Part shown: piece after piece, positions 49,601-59,645 of the stretch
Layout of the letters: every line of letters starts with the position of its first letter
Numbering within the stretch: position 1 is the stretch's first letter
NCBI GenBank assembly: GCA_002269645.1
Contig: NIVC01002281.1
Coordinates: forward strand, 62,001-126,000
From: Macrostomum lignano
Lineage: Eukaryota
DNA length: 64,000 bases
Reading direction: 5' to 3'
Notes under the pieces: generated by a model
The model's database searches: none
Told to the model about the DNA's origin: nothing
The model's input: the letters and a program-made list of their open reading frames with translations, nothing else
Position numbers and translations under genes: made by a program

Positions 49601-52600
49601 GCTCGGCCAGTCGCGCCGGCTGCAGCAGCTGGAAATGAAAGCGGGGGTCCGGCGGCAGGAAGCTGAGCTGGCGCAGGCGCAGCGGCTCAGGGAAGCTGCT
49701 GTGTACGGACAGCCAGCGGCATGCCGGCCGGCCGGGGTAGCCGGCTTCCAGCAGCGGCCTGGCCGGGACAGGCGTCAGGACGCCGTCGGCTGTCCGAAGG
49801 ACGTACTGCACCGACTGGGTAGCGCCCCGCTCCGTCCTGATGGCCACATCGTCGATCACGACGCCGTAGAAGTCGGCCGGCGGCCGGACGGTCAGCACGA
49901 AGGCGGCCGACTCGCCCGGGCCGAGACGTCCGGCGCCGGAGTCGGCCCGGCGGAGCTCGGCCAGCGAGCTGTGCACCGACACGGATTCCAGCGACACCGG
50001 CAGCGGATTGTCGTTGCGCAGTGCGAACTCCAACGAAGTGACCGCGTCAGTGGCGACGGTGCCGAGGTCGAGAGAGCCGGGCTCGGGCTGCGGCCTGCCG
50101 GGCAGCAGGGTGAGGAGACCCGTGTGCAGCAGGACCGGCAGGCTGGCGGCGGTGGCGTTGCTCCGCACAGTCAGGCGGAGCTCAGCCTGCCGGCCAGCCG
50201 CGGCGCTGGCGTTCAATCGAAGCCGGAAGGGCGCCGCCGTCTTGCCGGCTGGAATCAGCGCCGGCGGCTTGAAGCCGACCACGGACAGCAGGCCGTCGGC
50301 CGACTGCGGCAGCTCAACGCCGGTGACGGCCACGGTTCTGTCGAACGAGTTCTTGATTGGCACCGGCCGACCTTCGCTAGCATCGGCATCGGCGGTGTCC
50401 GACTTTCCGCCGGTGTTGAATACGGTGGCATTCTCGGCGTGCGTCAGTGCCCCGTGCAGCAGGCTGGCCTCGTAGGGCACCGAGAGCAACTGGCGGGAGT
50501 CGCCGCCGCGTAGGATGATCTGTGCGGACCGGGGAGGGAATGCAACGCGGCGATGGAGACGGATGCTGGGCTGAAGACCTCGGGCCATGGTGGGGAATTT
50601 CCCCCAGCTAGCACTTTTGCTCTTGGCCAAGGAGTGGGAATTCCCCCCTCCCCCAGCGGACCAGATACACAGATCTTGGAGGGAAATTAATTCCCCTAGC
50701 GGACCAGACCTACAGATCTTGCTGGGAAATTAATTCCCCTAGCGGAGAAGATCCTGGAGGGAAATGAAGTCCCCTAGCGGAGCAGACCTACTGATCTTGG
50801 CGGGAAATTAATTCCCCTAGCGAACCAGATATACAGATCTTGGCGGGAAATTAATTCCCCTAACGGACCAGATATACAGACCTTGGCGGGAAATTAATTC
50901 CCCTAATGGACCAGATATACAGATCTTGGCGGGAAATTAATTCCCCTAACGGACCAGATATACAGATCTTGGCGGGAAATTAATTCCCCTAACGGACCAG
51001 ATATACAGATCTTGGCGGGAAATTAATCCCCCTAACGGACCAGATTTACAGATCTTGGCGCGAAATTAATTTCCCTAGCAGAGCAGATTCGTGGGGGGAA
51101 TAATTCCCCTAGCAGGGCAGATCTTGGAGGGAAATTAATTCCCCTTGCGGAGCAGACCTACAGATCTTGTTGGAAAATTATCCTGCTATCCTGCTAAGAA
51201 TATCTACAACAGAAGCCTCAAAACTCACATTGCCAGTCCAGTGCAGCCTGCGGTCGGCGGCCTTGGCCGGATCGAAGACGACAATCGCTACGGGAGTCTC
51301 GCGGGCCGGGCCCGGCAGAACTTGCACGGGCCGGAACAGCAGCTGCACGGCAGGATTTGGCGAGTCCAGCTCAGCTGACGATACTAAAGTTGGCTCAGAG
51401 TACAGGCTGGTCACCCTTAGCTGCAGTCGCCTCTGCTGCTCGCTAGACAGCATCTGACCAAAGTACAGCCTGTCCGAGCATGAGTACAGTCCCGGCTGGC
51501 CGGACACCTGCACCTGCACTGGTAGCACCAGGCCGGGACCGCCCAGGCTGGTGCGCAGACGGACAAACGCGCTGTGATTGGCTGCCGATCGGCCAATCAA
51601 ACGGAGCCGCATCAGGGTGCGCGTTTCGTAAGGCGGAATCCGCCAGGGCGACTCGTCTAGTTTAGCGGTTGAAGACGACGACGAAGTTCTTGGATTTGAC
51701 GACCACGAATTGATGCCGATGCCGGAGGGCAGTTCGAGATGCAGATCAGCGCTGCTGCTGAACATCTCAGTTACCTGGGCGAGTGGGAAATGCGAAAACA
51801 TGTTCATTTCTAAGAAAAATCTAAGACTTTCAATATCTAAATACAGAAAACCTAAGGGTGTCTGACTGTGAATCACAGAATCTAACAGCGATTCTAAGAA
51901 GCTGAAGGCAAATGTTTTTTATTTAGGGCGATTCTTGGAATCTGAAGGGCGATTCTAAGAATCAAAATTTTAGGTCGATTCTTAAAATCTGAGGCGGTTC
52001 TGAGAATCTGAAGGCGATTCTAAGAATCTGAAGACGCTTCTGAGAATCTGAGGGCGATTCTTAGAATCTGATGGCGATTCTAAGAATCTGATGGCGATTC
52101 TAAGAATCTGATGGCGATTCTAAGAATCTGATGGCGATTCTAAGAATCTAAGGGCGATTCTAAGAATCTGATGGCGATTCTAAGAATCTGAAGACGCTTC
52201 TAAGAATCTGATGGCGATTCTAAGAATCTGAAGACGCTTCTAAGAATCTGATGGCGATTCTAAGAATCTGATGGCGATTATAAGAATCTGATGGCGATTA
52301 TAAGAATCTGATGGCGATTCTAAGAATCTGATGGCGATTATAAGAATCTAAGGGCGATTCTAAGAATCTGATGGCGATTCTAAGAATCTGATGGCGATTC
52401 TAAGAATCTGAAGGCGATTCTAAGAATCTGATGGCGATTCTAAGAATCTGATGGCGATTCTAAGAATCTGATGGCGATTCTAAGAATCTGATGGCGATTC
52501 TAAGAATCTGATGGCGATTCTAAGAATCTAAGGGCGATTCTAAGAATCTGATGGCGATTCTAAGAATCTGAAGACGCTTCTAAGAATCTGATGGCGATTC

Positions 52601-55600
52601 TAAGAATCTGAAGACGCTTCTAAGAATCTGATGGCGATTCTAAGAATCTGAAGACGCTTCTAAGAATCTGATGGCGATTCTAAGAATCTGATGGCGATTA
52701 TAAGAATCTGATGGCGATTCTAAGAATCTGATGGCGATTATAAGAATCTGATGGCGATTATAAGAATCTGATGGCGATTCTAAGAATCTGATGGCGCTTC
52801 TAAGAATCTGATGGCGATTCTAAGAATCTGAAGGCGATTCTAAGAATCTGATGGCAATTAAGAATCTGAAGGGCAATTCTTAGAAGCAGAAGGGCGGTTC
52901 TTAGAACCTGAGGGCGATTCTCAGAATTTGAGGGCGATTCTTAGAATCTGAGGGCGATTCTTAAAATCTTTGGTCGATTCTCATAATCAGAGTTCGATTC
53001 AAACCAAATAAATTTGTCTCACCTGCAGCGGCTCTGAATTTGGATTGTACAGCTGCAAGCTGGGCGCAAAGCTGGCATTCAGCGGAATCCTGGCGCCCAG
53101 CATGGCCCTCACCCGGTAGGGGCTGGGCAGGCCCACGCCGAACACCTGATAGCGGTGCTGGCCGGCCGAAGTGCGAATGTACAGCGTGTTCTCCGTGGTG
53201 CCAGCTCGGGTGGCAAGGAACACCACATCGAAGGTGGCGTTGCCGCCGGGTGGCACCGTCTGTTTAATTAATTAGATAAGTTTACCTATACTTCGAACGA
53301 AAATGTAAAGAAATTAAAGTACATTGCTTTTCTTAACTGCACTCATTGTTTAAATTTTGTTACTAAGATTTGCGGATTAAAAACTACTTGTAGATTGCTT
53401 CAGAATTCTGAAGTCTTAATTGAACTAACTGATCGACTGCTAACCAGATAACTTCAATTTCCAAACCATGGATTACTAACCAGATAGCTCAGATGCTTAA
53501 TCGCTATCATGGATTACTAACAAGATAACTACATTTCCTAATAGGGTTCACGGCCTACTAAAACAGAATATTTAAACAGAATATTACACGCCTGTAAAGT
53601 GCATCTAATTAACTCAATTTGGTGCCTGGAAGCTAGAAATGTTATTTTAAAAGATTTATTAAATGTGCTAAGCGTAGTCATGGACTTCAAAGCTAGAAAC
53701 TGGACTGGAAACTGCTCGCCAAAGTTGTAATTTTGTAAGGTATAATAAAAAGTGCTACTAAAGCGTTACTTATCCGCTCAATAAACTAGCAGATTTTTTA
53801 AAAAACTTAAACAAAAACCGCTTATAGTCTTCAGAGATTAAACGGAGGTTTCTCTATCCAGACGCCTGGTTTTCAGATTCCATGGCGCGCAACACGACGG
53901 CGAGGTCGTCGAAACGCCGCCGACGCGTTTACATAGGAGATAAAGAGAGAGGGAGAGAGGGACAGAGAGAGAGAAGGAACAAGATGACAAGGCCATAAAA
54001 ACCGATGCAGCAGAAGAAATTTTATTTTTTGAAAATTAAAACACATCCAGGCCTACTGATAAACCCGCAAAGCCCCAATGCGGCCCTCATTAACTCTTGC
54101 AGGAGGGGAAGAGAGGCAGATGGAGATGACACCGGCTGCCCTGCCTATTAAGCCTGCATAGCAACTCATAGCTAGGCCCTGGCATTAGCATGCAGCGGAC
54201 TGCAATAACACAATAGCTATAAGCCAGTAGAGGGGCGGGGCTGCCTATTCTGCAAATCCTGCATAGCCAGTTCACCTAAAAAGGGGTCCCCAACTGCTCA
54301 TACAGCTCACACACATGCTCTAAACGGTTCTCTGTCCTCTAGGAGAGGAAGATAGCGAGAGAATGAGAAGTGTAGAAATTTATGCAGCCATCGCTTTTTA
54401 GCTCTAACGATTTAACAGGGAATGGGTGGTGAGTGTGAAGTAGGCCTGTACTCCAGTACTAGCTGTACAGCTGGCCTGTAGATTACAATACATGTAGTGC
54501 ACCGCCGGTGCGCATTTTTGCTGCAGTCGTGCCGACCGTTGCGGGCTGCTTTTATTGGGAAAAAGTTTATCGACGCAAAAACGAAATTTTTAAAGTGCAA
54601 TAAAGCGGATTCAGATTTGCTTCGCTTCAGGGCTGATTAACACAGCAATCAAATTCACACGGGAATGAAAGTCGATGCACAAGTATAGTGTGATGACACG
54701 AAATTTGGCCTCGTTTGATGAGTTTATAGTCTAAGCCTGGGGATCTGGGAGGCTGGCCCAGCAACTGGGGATCTGGGAGGCTGGCCCAGCAACTGGGGAT
54801 CTGGGAGGCTGGCCCAGCAACTGAGGATCTGGGAGGCTGGCCCAGCAACTGAGGATCTGGGAGGCTGGCCCAGCAACTGGGGATCTGGGAGGCTGGCCCA
54901 GCAACTGAGGATCTGGGAGGCTGGCCCAGCAACTGAGGATCTGGAAGGCTGGCCCAGCAACTGAGGATCTGGGAGGCTGGCCCAGCAACTGAGGATCTGG
55001 GAGGCTGGCCCAGCAACTGGGGATCTGGGAGGCTGGCCCAGCAACTGGGGATCTGGGAGGCTGGCCCAGCAACTGAGGATCTGGGAGGCTGGCGGTAGCC
55101 CAGCAACTGAGGATCTGGGAGGCTGGCGGTAGCCCAGCAACTGAGGATCTGGGAGGCTGGCGGTAGCCCAGCAACTGAGGATCTGGGAGGCTGGAGCCCA
55201 GCTACTGGGTATGTGAGAGACTCTGGAATCTACGAGCAACGAATTCGAACAACTACGACTTTTGTTCCATTTTACTGAACTATTCTTAACATCGTTGCAA
55301 ACAGCCCATACTAAAAAATCAATTCGATTTTCTCCAGAAAACTATAGAAAGCACTGAAGAATTATTAGCGGCGCAAAAGGAACGCAAAAGGCTCTAGCAA
55401 AACTGTTTGAACTGAGCGCTTTCCAAAGAAGAGAAAATTAATTCCAGGAAACAGCTGCCAGCTGCGAGTTCTTGCAGACCGTCAGAGAGAAAAGGAACTA
55501 ATTGGAATTGCGATATCAATCAAGTTGGCCGTCCAATCATCAAGCGAACCCTCGAACTTCTTTTTCACTGCCCTGAGAGATAGCGGGAAAATTAGAAAAT

Positions 55601-57217
55601 TACTGTCGAAAATTGGAAATAACCAAATTTCCGAGCTCAGTCCGAGCCTAGCGGCATTTATCTAGAGATAATTGTTAAACTAATTTGGCGAAAACCCGTC
55701 CCAAGCAAACCATTTCTTTTTCTGTTTATTACCGACTTAGGAAGCATCGTTTAAGTTCCAATTTAACAAGAGGCGAAATGATTGCAATAGCATAAAGATA
55801 AAAAACCTATGTGCCTATGTACCTTCACAAAACGGTCATTAGTCAGGTGACTTTAAAAAATTGCACTCAGTCGCGAATTTAAACACCAACGCTCGGTCAC
55901 GTGATTTAAAAGAAACGCAAATTGATCACGTGAATTCCAACCGAATCATGTGGTTTGAAAATGAAACTTGGTCACGTGATTTAAAGAAGTGCAACCTAGT
56001 CACGTGATTCAAGAAAAGCAAACTGATAACGTGATTTAAAGAAGCACAACTGAGTCACGTGATTTAATCGAACTGCAAACATGTTTAAAAGACAATTAAA
56101 TGGCTAAAATCACCCAGTACTGCACAGATCGCTTACCTCAGTTTTGAAGAACGAGCAGTGAAAATGCGGCGCAGTGGACGATATGGACAACAGCTGCAAA
56201 GGCTGACTGGTGTGCGTGTTGAACACGAGCACCTGCTCGAGACGGGGCTCGCCAATATGACTACAAATACGCCATATATCCAGATATATACATACTCAGA
56301 ATGAATTAGCTCAACAGAAGTTATAGAAAAAAAGTATTTTGCTTAACTTACTGCTCTTTAAAATCTAAGAATGGTGGCTCAAAATGTAGATGACTGACTG
56401 GGAGCTTTGACTTTGGGCTGCTAAAAAAAGAATGCATAGGTATTAACTTTACTGTACAAATACTTCAATAAATATTATTTCAGCTCAGGTCACTTACTTT
56501 AGGGCAGACAATACATCTGAAGAAAATTCACCATTCCCATATACATTAAGGTCCAAAAGCCTGCTTGTCTGAAAGAACTCTGAAATAGAGAATAGTGAGA
56601 TTTTAAAAATATGAGATCAATTTTTATAAAATTAAATCTGTTTCTTTAGACATACAATAACTAACATTGAGCTATTACAAAGCAAAAAATCAACATAAAG
56701 CAATTATGAAATATAATAAAGGCCACCAATCATATATTTATAAGTGTATCTAGTCATTGATTTTAGTTTTTGGGAATATATATCAATATATTCAGCTTGA
56801 TAAAGAATTCAAAAATAAAAAAGAATTGTCACAATAGTAATAAATTTTGAAACAATTTTAGAATATCCAATTCTTGATATTAAAATAAAAGACTAACAAA
56901 GAAATGCTAAGAGGTTAGAAAAAATCAAAAGAATATCTATAAAAGATAGAGTATTATGCCTTTGCACATTTTTTCTAAGTAATTATTAAGCTTATCAAAA
57001 TTTTTAAGTTAGCAAAAGTAAATACAAGTTGAATGTTATTTTTTTAATTTTCATATAATACTTATTAAGCAGTCATTATATGATTATTAGATTCAAGCAA
57101 ACAATAATTCAAGAAGGAAAACTTACCTTGGCCTGAGTACTTTTGGTCGGACGCACAAAAATACAAAGACTCGATGCCAAATAGAATTAGTAAGCATATT
57201 GCAATAAACTTCCACAT
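36984..57217 (-). CDS. TMEM131: TMEM131, complete gene: join 57217-57127, 56579-56498, 56420-56352, 56260-56137, 53259-53023, 51774-51229, 50519-49524, 49419-49344, 46621-46329, 42210-40764, 39664-39352, 38976-38825, 37630-36984 = 5073 nt, 1690 aa
   Basis: Signal peptide MWKFIAICLLILFGIESLYFCA. Family-diagnostic segments FEPPFLDF, VPPGGNATFDVVFL, QVFGVGLPSPYRVRAMLGARIPLN, WRIPPYET, CGNDCYVG, WPSL, LENP, LRNNLT, FTPDL and LPRPPWE followed by a TM helix, then a long Q/A/S-rich cytosolic tail. All 12 introns are GT-AG and the phases close exactly. Confidence 0.92.
37725..38795. repeat. 18-bp minisatellite (AGCGGACAGACAGCACAC)n filling TMEM131 intron 12, about 59 copies
   Basis: Unit read directly. 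Confidence 0.97.
38825..38976 (-). CDS. TMEM131: TMEM131 exon 12
   Basis: SLAQQAQQQQQ...HPRLRR between TTCCAG and GTAAAG; phases fit. Confidence 0.78.
39352..39664 (-). CDS. TMEM131: TMEM131 exon 11 (low-complexity tail)
   Basis: Open frame KPLPTKSK...AASSGF between CTTCAG and GTGAGG; phases fit. Confidence 0.8.
40275..40737. repeat. 23-bp minisatellite (CCCTGCATCAGCCACACTGAGTG)n, about 20 copies, TMEM131 intron 10
   Basis: Period 23 read directly. Confidence 0.97.
40764..42210 (-). CDS. TMEM131: TMEM131 exon 10 (last lumenal domains, TM helix, start of cytosolic tail)
   Basis: VGKASTADLILENP...LRNNLT...FTPDL...PRPPWETPLQTGLVGAVLAAALWAIMSAC. Confidence 0.93.
42232..43285. repeat. same 23-bp minisatellite, about 45 copies, TMEM131 intron 9
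   Basis: Identical unit and orientation to 40275-40737. Confidence 0.97.
44010..46320. repeat. compound pentamer satellite (GGACA/GGATA/GGAAA)n, 2.3 kb, TMEM131 intron 9
   Basis: Read directly; it begins a few bases from the exon 9 donor. Confidence 0.97.
46329..46621 (-). CDS. TMEM131: TMEM131 exon 9
   Basis: GIEWLAGL...ASLVWPSLY...LPVTQ. Confidence 0.9.
46648..48395. repeat. 21-bp minisatellite (CATCGGTCATGACATAATCCC)n, about 83 copies, with a 656-bp internal duplication
   Basis: Unit read directly. Identical ORF translations at 46900-47100 and 47556-47756. Confidence 0.97.
49035..49290. repeat. degenerate ~22-bp repeat (CTGTCTCCGATCCTATCTCATC)n
   Basis: About 11 imperfect copies. The reverse complement shares GGATC-GGAGACA/GATAGG words with the 25-bp array at 716-2285. 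Confidence 0.85.
49344..49419 (-). CDS. TMEM131: TMEM131 exon 8
   Basis: IGKLCFDHRRVCGNDCYVGFSTSSS; strong splice sites. Not in the ORF track. Confidence 0.9.
49524..50519 (-). CDS. TMEM131: TMEM131 exon 7
   Basis: IILRGG...LDLGTV...EFALRNDNP...GYPGR...DPRFHF...QTAT. Confidence 0.92.
50680..51165. repeat. 43-bp minisatellite with near-palindrome GGGAAATTAATTCCC, about 11 copies, TMEM131 intron 6
   Basis: CCAGATATACAGA recurs at 50825 and 50868 (period 43). Confidence 0.94.
51229..51774 (-). CDS. TMEM131: TMEM131 exon 6
   Basis: VTEMFSSSADLHLELP...WRIPPYET...HWTGN. Confidence 0.93.
51880..52985. repeat. 20-bp minisatellite (GATGGCGATTCTAAGAATCT)n, about 50 copies, TMEM131 intron 5
   Basis: Period 20. 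The unit contains the dyad GATTCT-A-AGAATC. Confidence 0.97.
53023..53259 (-). CDS. TMEM131: TMEM131 exon 5
   Basis: TVPPGGNATFDVVFL...YNPNSEPLQ. Confidence 0.94.
54735..55200. repeat. 28-bp minisatellite, second array of the 21050-22305 family, about 16 copies, TMEM131 intron 4
   Basis: Same unit and orientation, with private variants (GGGGATCT, GGCGGTAGCCC). Confidence 0.96.
55890..56065. promoter_or_regulatory. cluster of five palindromic TCACGTGA E-boxes in TMEM131 intron 4 (candidate bHLH-ZIP enhancer)
   Basis: TCACGTGA at 55897, 55926, 55972, 56000 and 56055, plus two degenerate copies. Function is inferred from the motif only. Confidence 0.55.
56137..56260 (-). CDS. TMEM131: TMEM131 exon 4
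   Basis: HIGEPRLEQVLVFN...SISSTAPHFHCSFFKTE; donor GTAAGC. Confidence 0.9.
56352..56420 (-). CDS. TMEM131: TMEM131 exon 3
   Basis: HLHFEPPFLDFKE; tandem TAGCAG acceptor; donor GTAAGT. Confidence 0.87.
56498..56579 (-). CDS. TMEM131: TMEM131 exon 2
   Basis: TTTCAG|, EFFQTSRLLDLNVYGNGEFSSDVLSAL, |GTAAGT; phases 1 and 2 fit the neighbours. Confidence 0.75.
57127..57217 (-). CDS. TMEM131: TMEM131 exon 1 (signal peptide)
   Basis: ATG TGG AAG..., hydrophobic h-region, donor GTAAGT. Not in the ORF track. Confidence 0.78.
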
Positions 57218-58403
57218 TTTGACTTTCATTAAATTTATTTAAACAAGATAGCACAATAGAGCTATCAAAAATGGATTGATGATCGTTTGACTTCGAAATC
57301 AGTATCCAATAGGAATCAAACTTAGACTGCAATCAACCAAAACTTGTGACTGTAAATAGTAATTTTTGTGGCCTAAAGAAAAGCCAACAAGATCAAAACT
57401 TTTATTGCAGTCAGTGACACGAAATGAATTTCGTGTTGCTAATTTAATTGGAACAGACTGTGACAATATGGTAGATGTATAGTGTGTGCAGTCCAAAATA
57501 AAAACAAGAAAAATAGAAAGCAGCTTTTGATGAAGAAAAGCTCATCTGAATGCAGATTTGGACTCGAACGAATCAATGGAAGGAACATGAATCAACTGCA
57601 GCCGACTGCAAAAAATACGAATGATTTGAAAGCGTGCGGCATGCTGTTTCTATGAGAAACATCGTTAAAAACGATTTAAAAGGCGCGATAACTAACGAAG
57701 AATATTGGTGGATTTATTGGTTTATCCTTTTATAACTTTTTAAACATTTCGTATAAAACATAATTATAAAAGATTATTTTTGACAGAAAATTTGTAAAAC
57801 AGAGATCTGATTTGGAACAATGCATTTAACTGTTACCGTTTTTATGGTCTCGCACATGTATGCCCTTGCCTAGTTTTTCAATCACAAACAACAGATTTTT
57901 TCTAGTGATCACGCATAAATTTTTCTAGTGTCACTAACTAGTTTTCACTAAACTTCATGCGACACCTTGTAAGACCAATCTTAGTAATGTGAAATTCTTC
58001 ACATCAGACTGCTTTGATTTTCATGTCGATGTACATATTTAAGCACTTTGTTTACCATTATAATAGTCTGCAATAATTAAGCCACTAGAGAAGCGTACAC
58101 TCGTGTATACATGTAAATTGTGCAATAACTTTCTCAAGCACGGCAGAATAACATTGCATCCATTTGCTATATAGATAGTGACAAGGTTTTACATTATAGA
58201 TCACATACATGTACATGTAGAAAAATCGTGAAGGCGATTTGGTTTAGTAGCTGATTTAGATTTGGTAGCTGATTTGCCATAGACTTAATATTTAATTATT
58301 ACTAATTTTGCAACACCCAAATTGCAACATCGGGTGTAACTTAGTACCTTAAACCGATAACGGCAGGCTGAGTTAAAAGCAAGAAAAGTTCATAATTCCA
58401 CTT

Positions 58404-59645
58404 ATGGATGCAAACAAAACTAATAGCATCGCACATGATGATGAAAGAGATTTGGACTGTTTTGAAGCAACCGTGGGCGACAAAGCAATCAAGATTGACA
58501 AGCGCGACGATGATATCATAATAAACAACGAGTGCAAGCGAATTATGCGGAATCTCTGCAGCACACCTGTCGGTCGAGCAAACTTCGAATCCGAAGTGGA
58601 AGTGACACAGCCATCATTTCTGACACCAGAAGATCGCATTCTATTCTTTAAAACAAAAATGTTTTACTTGCTGCAGGAGCGCCACTGCTTTCTTCAACAG
58701 AGCAACCGAGCAAAACAATGCGGAGAGAAGTTAAATAGTAAAAGAAAGAAAACAATATCAGAGGCCTATCCAGCTTTTTTGTCGCCGTTTGGTGAGTCCG
58801 TCGTAGATCAGGACTTGCCGCCAAGCAACAGTCCGGTTAGGAAGCGGTACCGCAGCGTAGTTGGCTCAGAGTTGCTGAAACCGGACGGCGGTAAAAGGAC
58901 TGCTTTGTTGACCAAGATTCCTTCAACTAACAAGATGCAAGCCAGCTCACAGGTCCATAAAACGGGAATGAGCAGGTTTCTAGAAAACATCCGCAAAGCT
59001 GATCTGTCGGCAATGCGCATGCTGGAAGAGAAAATCCTCAAGACAATGGAAGGAGCCGGCTATGCCTCACTTTTCAAAGATGATGTCAAGAAAATTGAAG
59101 TGCTCCTTGACATCTTTGCCGATTATAATCTTCTAATGCAGGATGGAAAGGACGAGGAGAGCATGCTAAACAATTTGGCCAATCACGTTCGAACTCGTAT
59201 TAAATACTTTGACAAGCTGCAGCAGTTCTACGATAATCCGATTAACCGCGACGATCATACGGCGCACGTATTCAGCATACCTAACATGGATGTGGCCGAC
59301 GTGCACGAAGAGCTGGTCAACCTCAGGCCGAAGCGGATGCATCAGCTAGACGAGAAGAAAATCAAGAATCTGTACGCATTGTTCAAGGACGACTATAGTA
59401 CAGCCAAAACTACCCTAATTGCCGACGGAACTCAGCCGGTTGTGCTCAACAGAAAAAAGATGGACCGAGTCAAGCGATACGTCGACGAGTGCTTAGATTG
59501 GAAAGGCGCTACACTGGTGCCGTACGTTCCGGAGATGAACTTCTTCGGCCTGACGATATTATGGAAACGGGAACAGGAGTCTGTGAAATCCACCGACACC
59601 GATATTGATGCTTTGAAACCTAACCTGGAGAAAGACGGGGACTAA
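58404..59645 (+). CDS. uncharacterised intronless 413-aa protein
   Basis: Non-repetitive 1242-nt ORF, GC-richer than its AT-rich flanks, with globular-looking composition and an in-frame upstream TAA at 58374. No family recognised. Confidence 0.72.
   Translation: MDANKTNSIAHDDERDLDCFEATVGDKAIKIDKRDDDIIINNECKRIMRNLCSTPVGRANFESEVEVTQPSFLTPEDRILFFKTKMFYLLQERHCFLQQSNRAKQCGEKLNSKRKKTISEAYPAFLSPFGESVVDQDLPPSNSPVRKRYRSVVGSELLKPDGGKRTALLTKIPSTNKMQASSQVHKTGMSRFLENIRKADLSAMRMLEEKILKTMEGAGYASLFKDDVKKIEVLLDIFADYNLLMQDGKDEESMLNNLANHVRTRIKYFDKLQQFYDNPINRDDHTAHVFSIPNMDVADVHEELVNLRPKRMHQLDEKKIKNLYALFKDDYSTAKTTLIADGTQPVVLNRKKMDRVKRYVDECLDWKGATLVPYVPEMNFFGLTILWKREQESVKSTDTDIDALKPNLEKDGD

Noticed and set aside
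716-55200. CRISPR-like appearance of 20-46 bp direct repeats
   Set aside because: Units are head-to-tail with no unique spacers, there are no cas genes, and the DNA is eukaryotic with spliceosomal introns.
5080-55239. Dozens of 100-650 aa ORFs with repeating peptides (for example 5080-6044, 6717-7793, 18666-20134, 20788-22375, 23393-24388, 37649-38803, 44146-44976, 46647-48073, 54627-55239)
   Set aside because: They coincide with tandem arrays, are open in several frames at once, and lie in introns or intergenic DNA. They are translation artefacts of stop-free repeat units.
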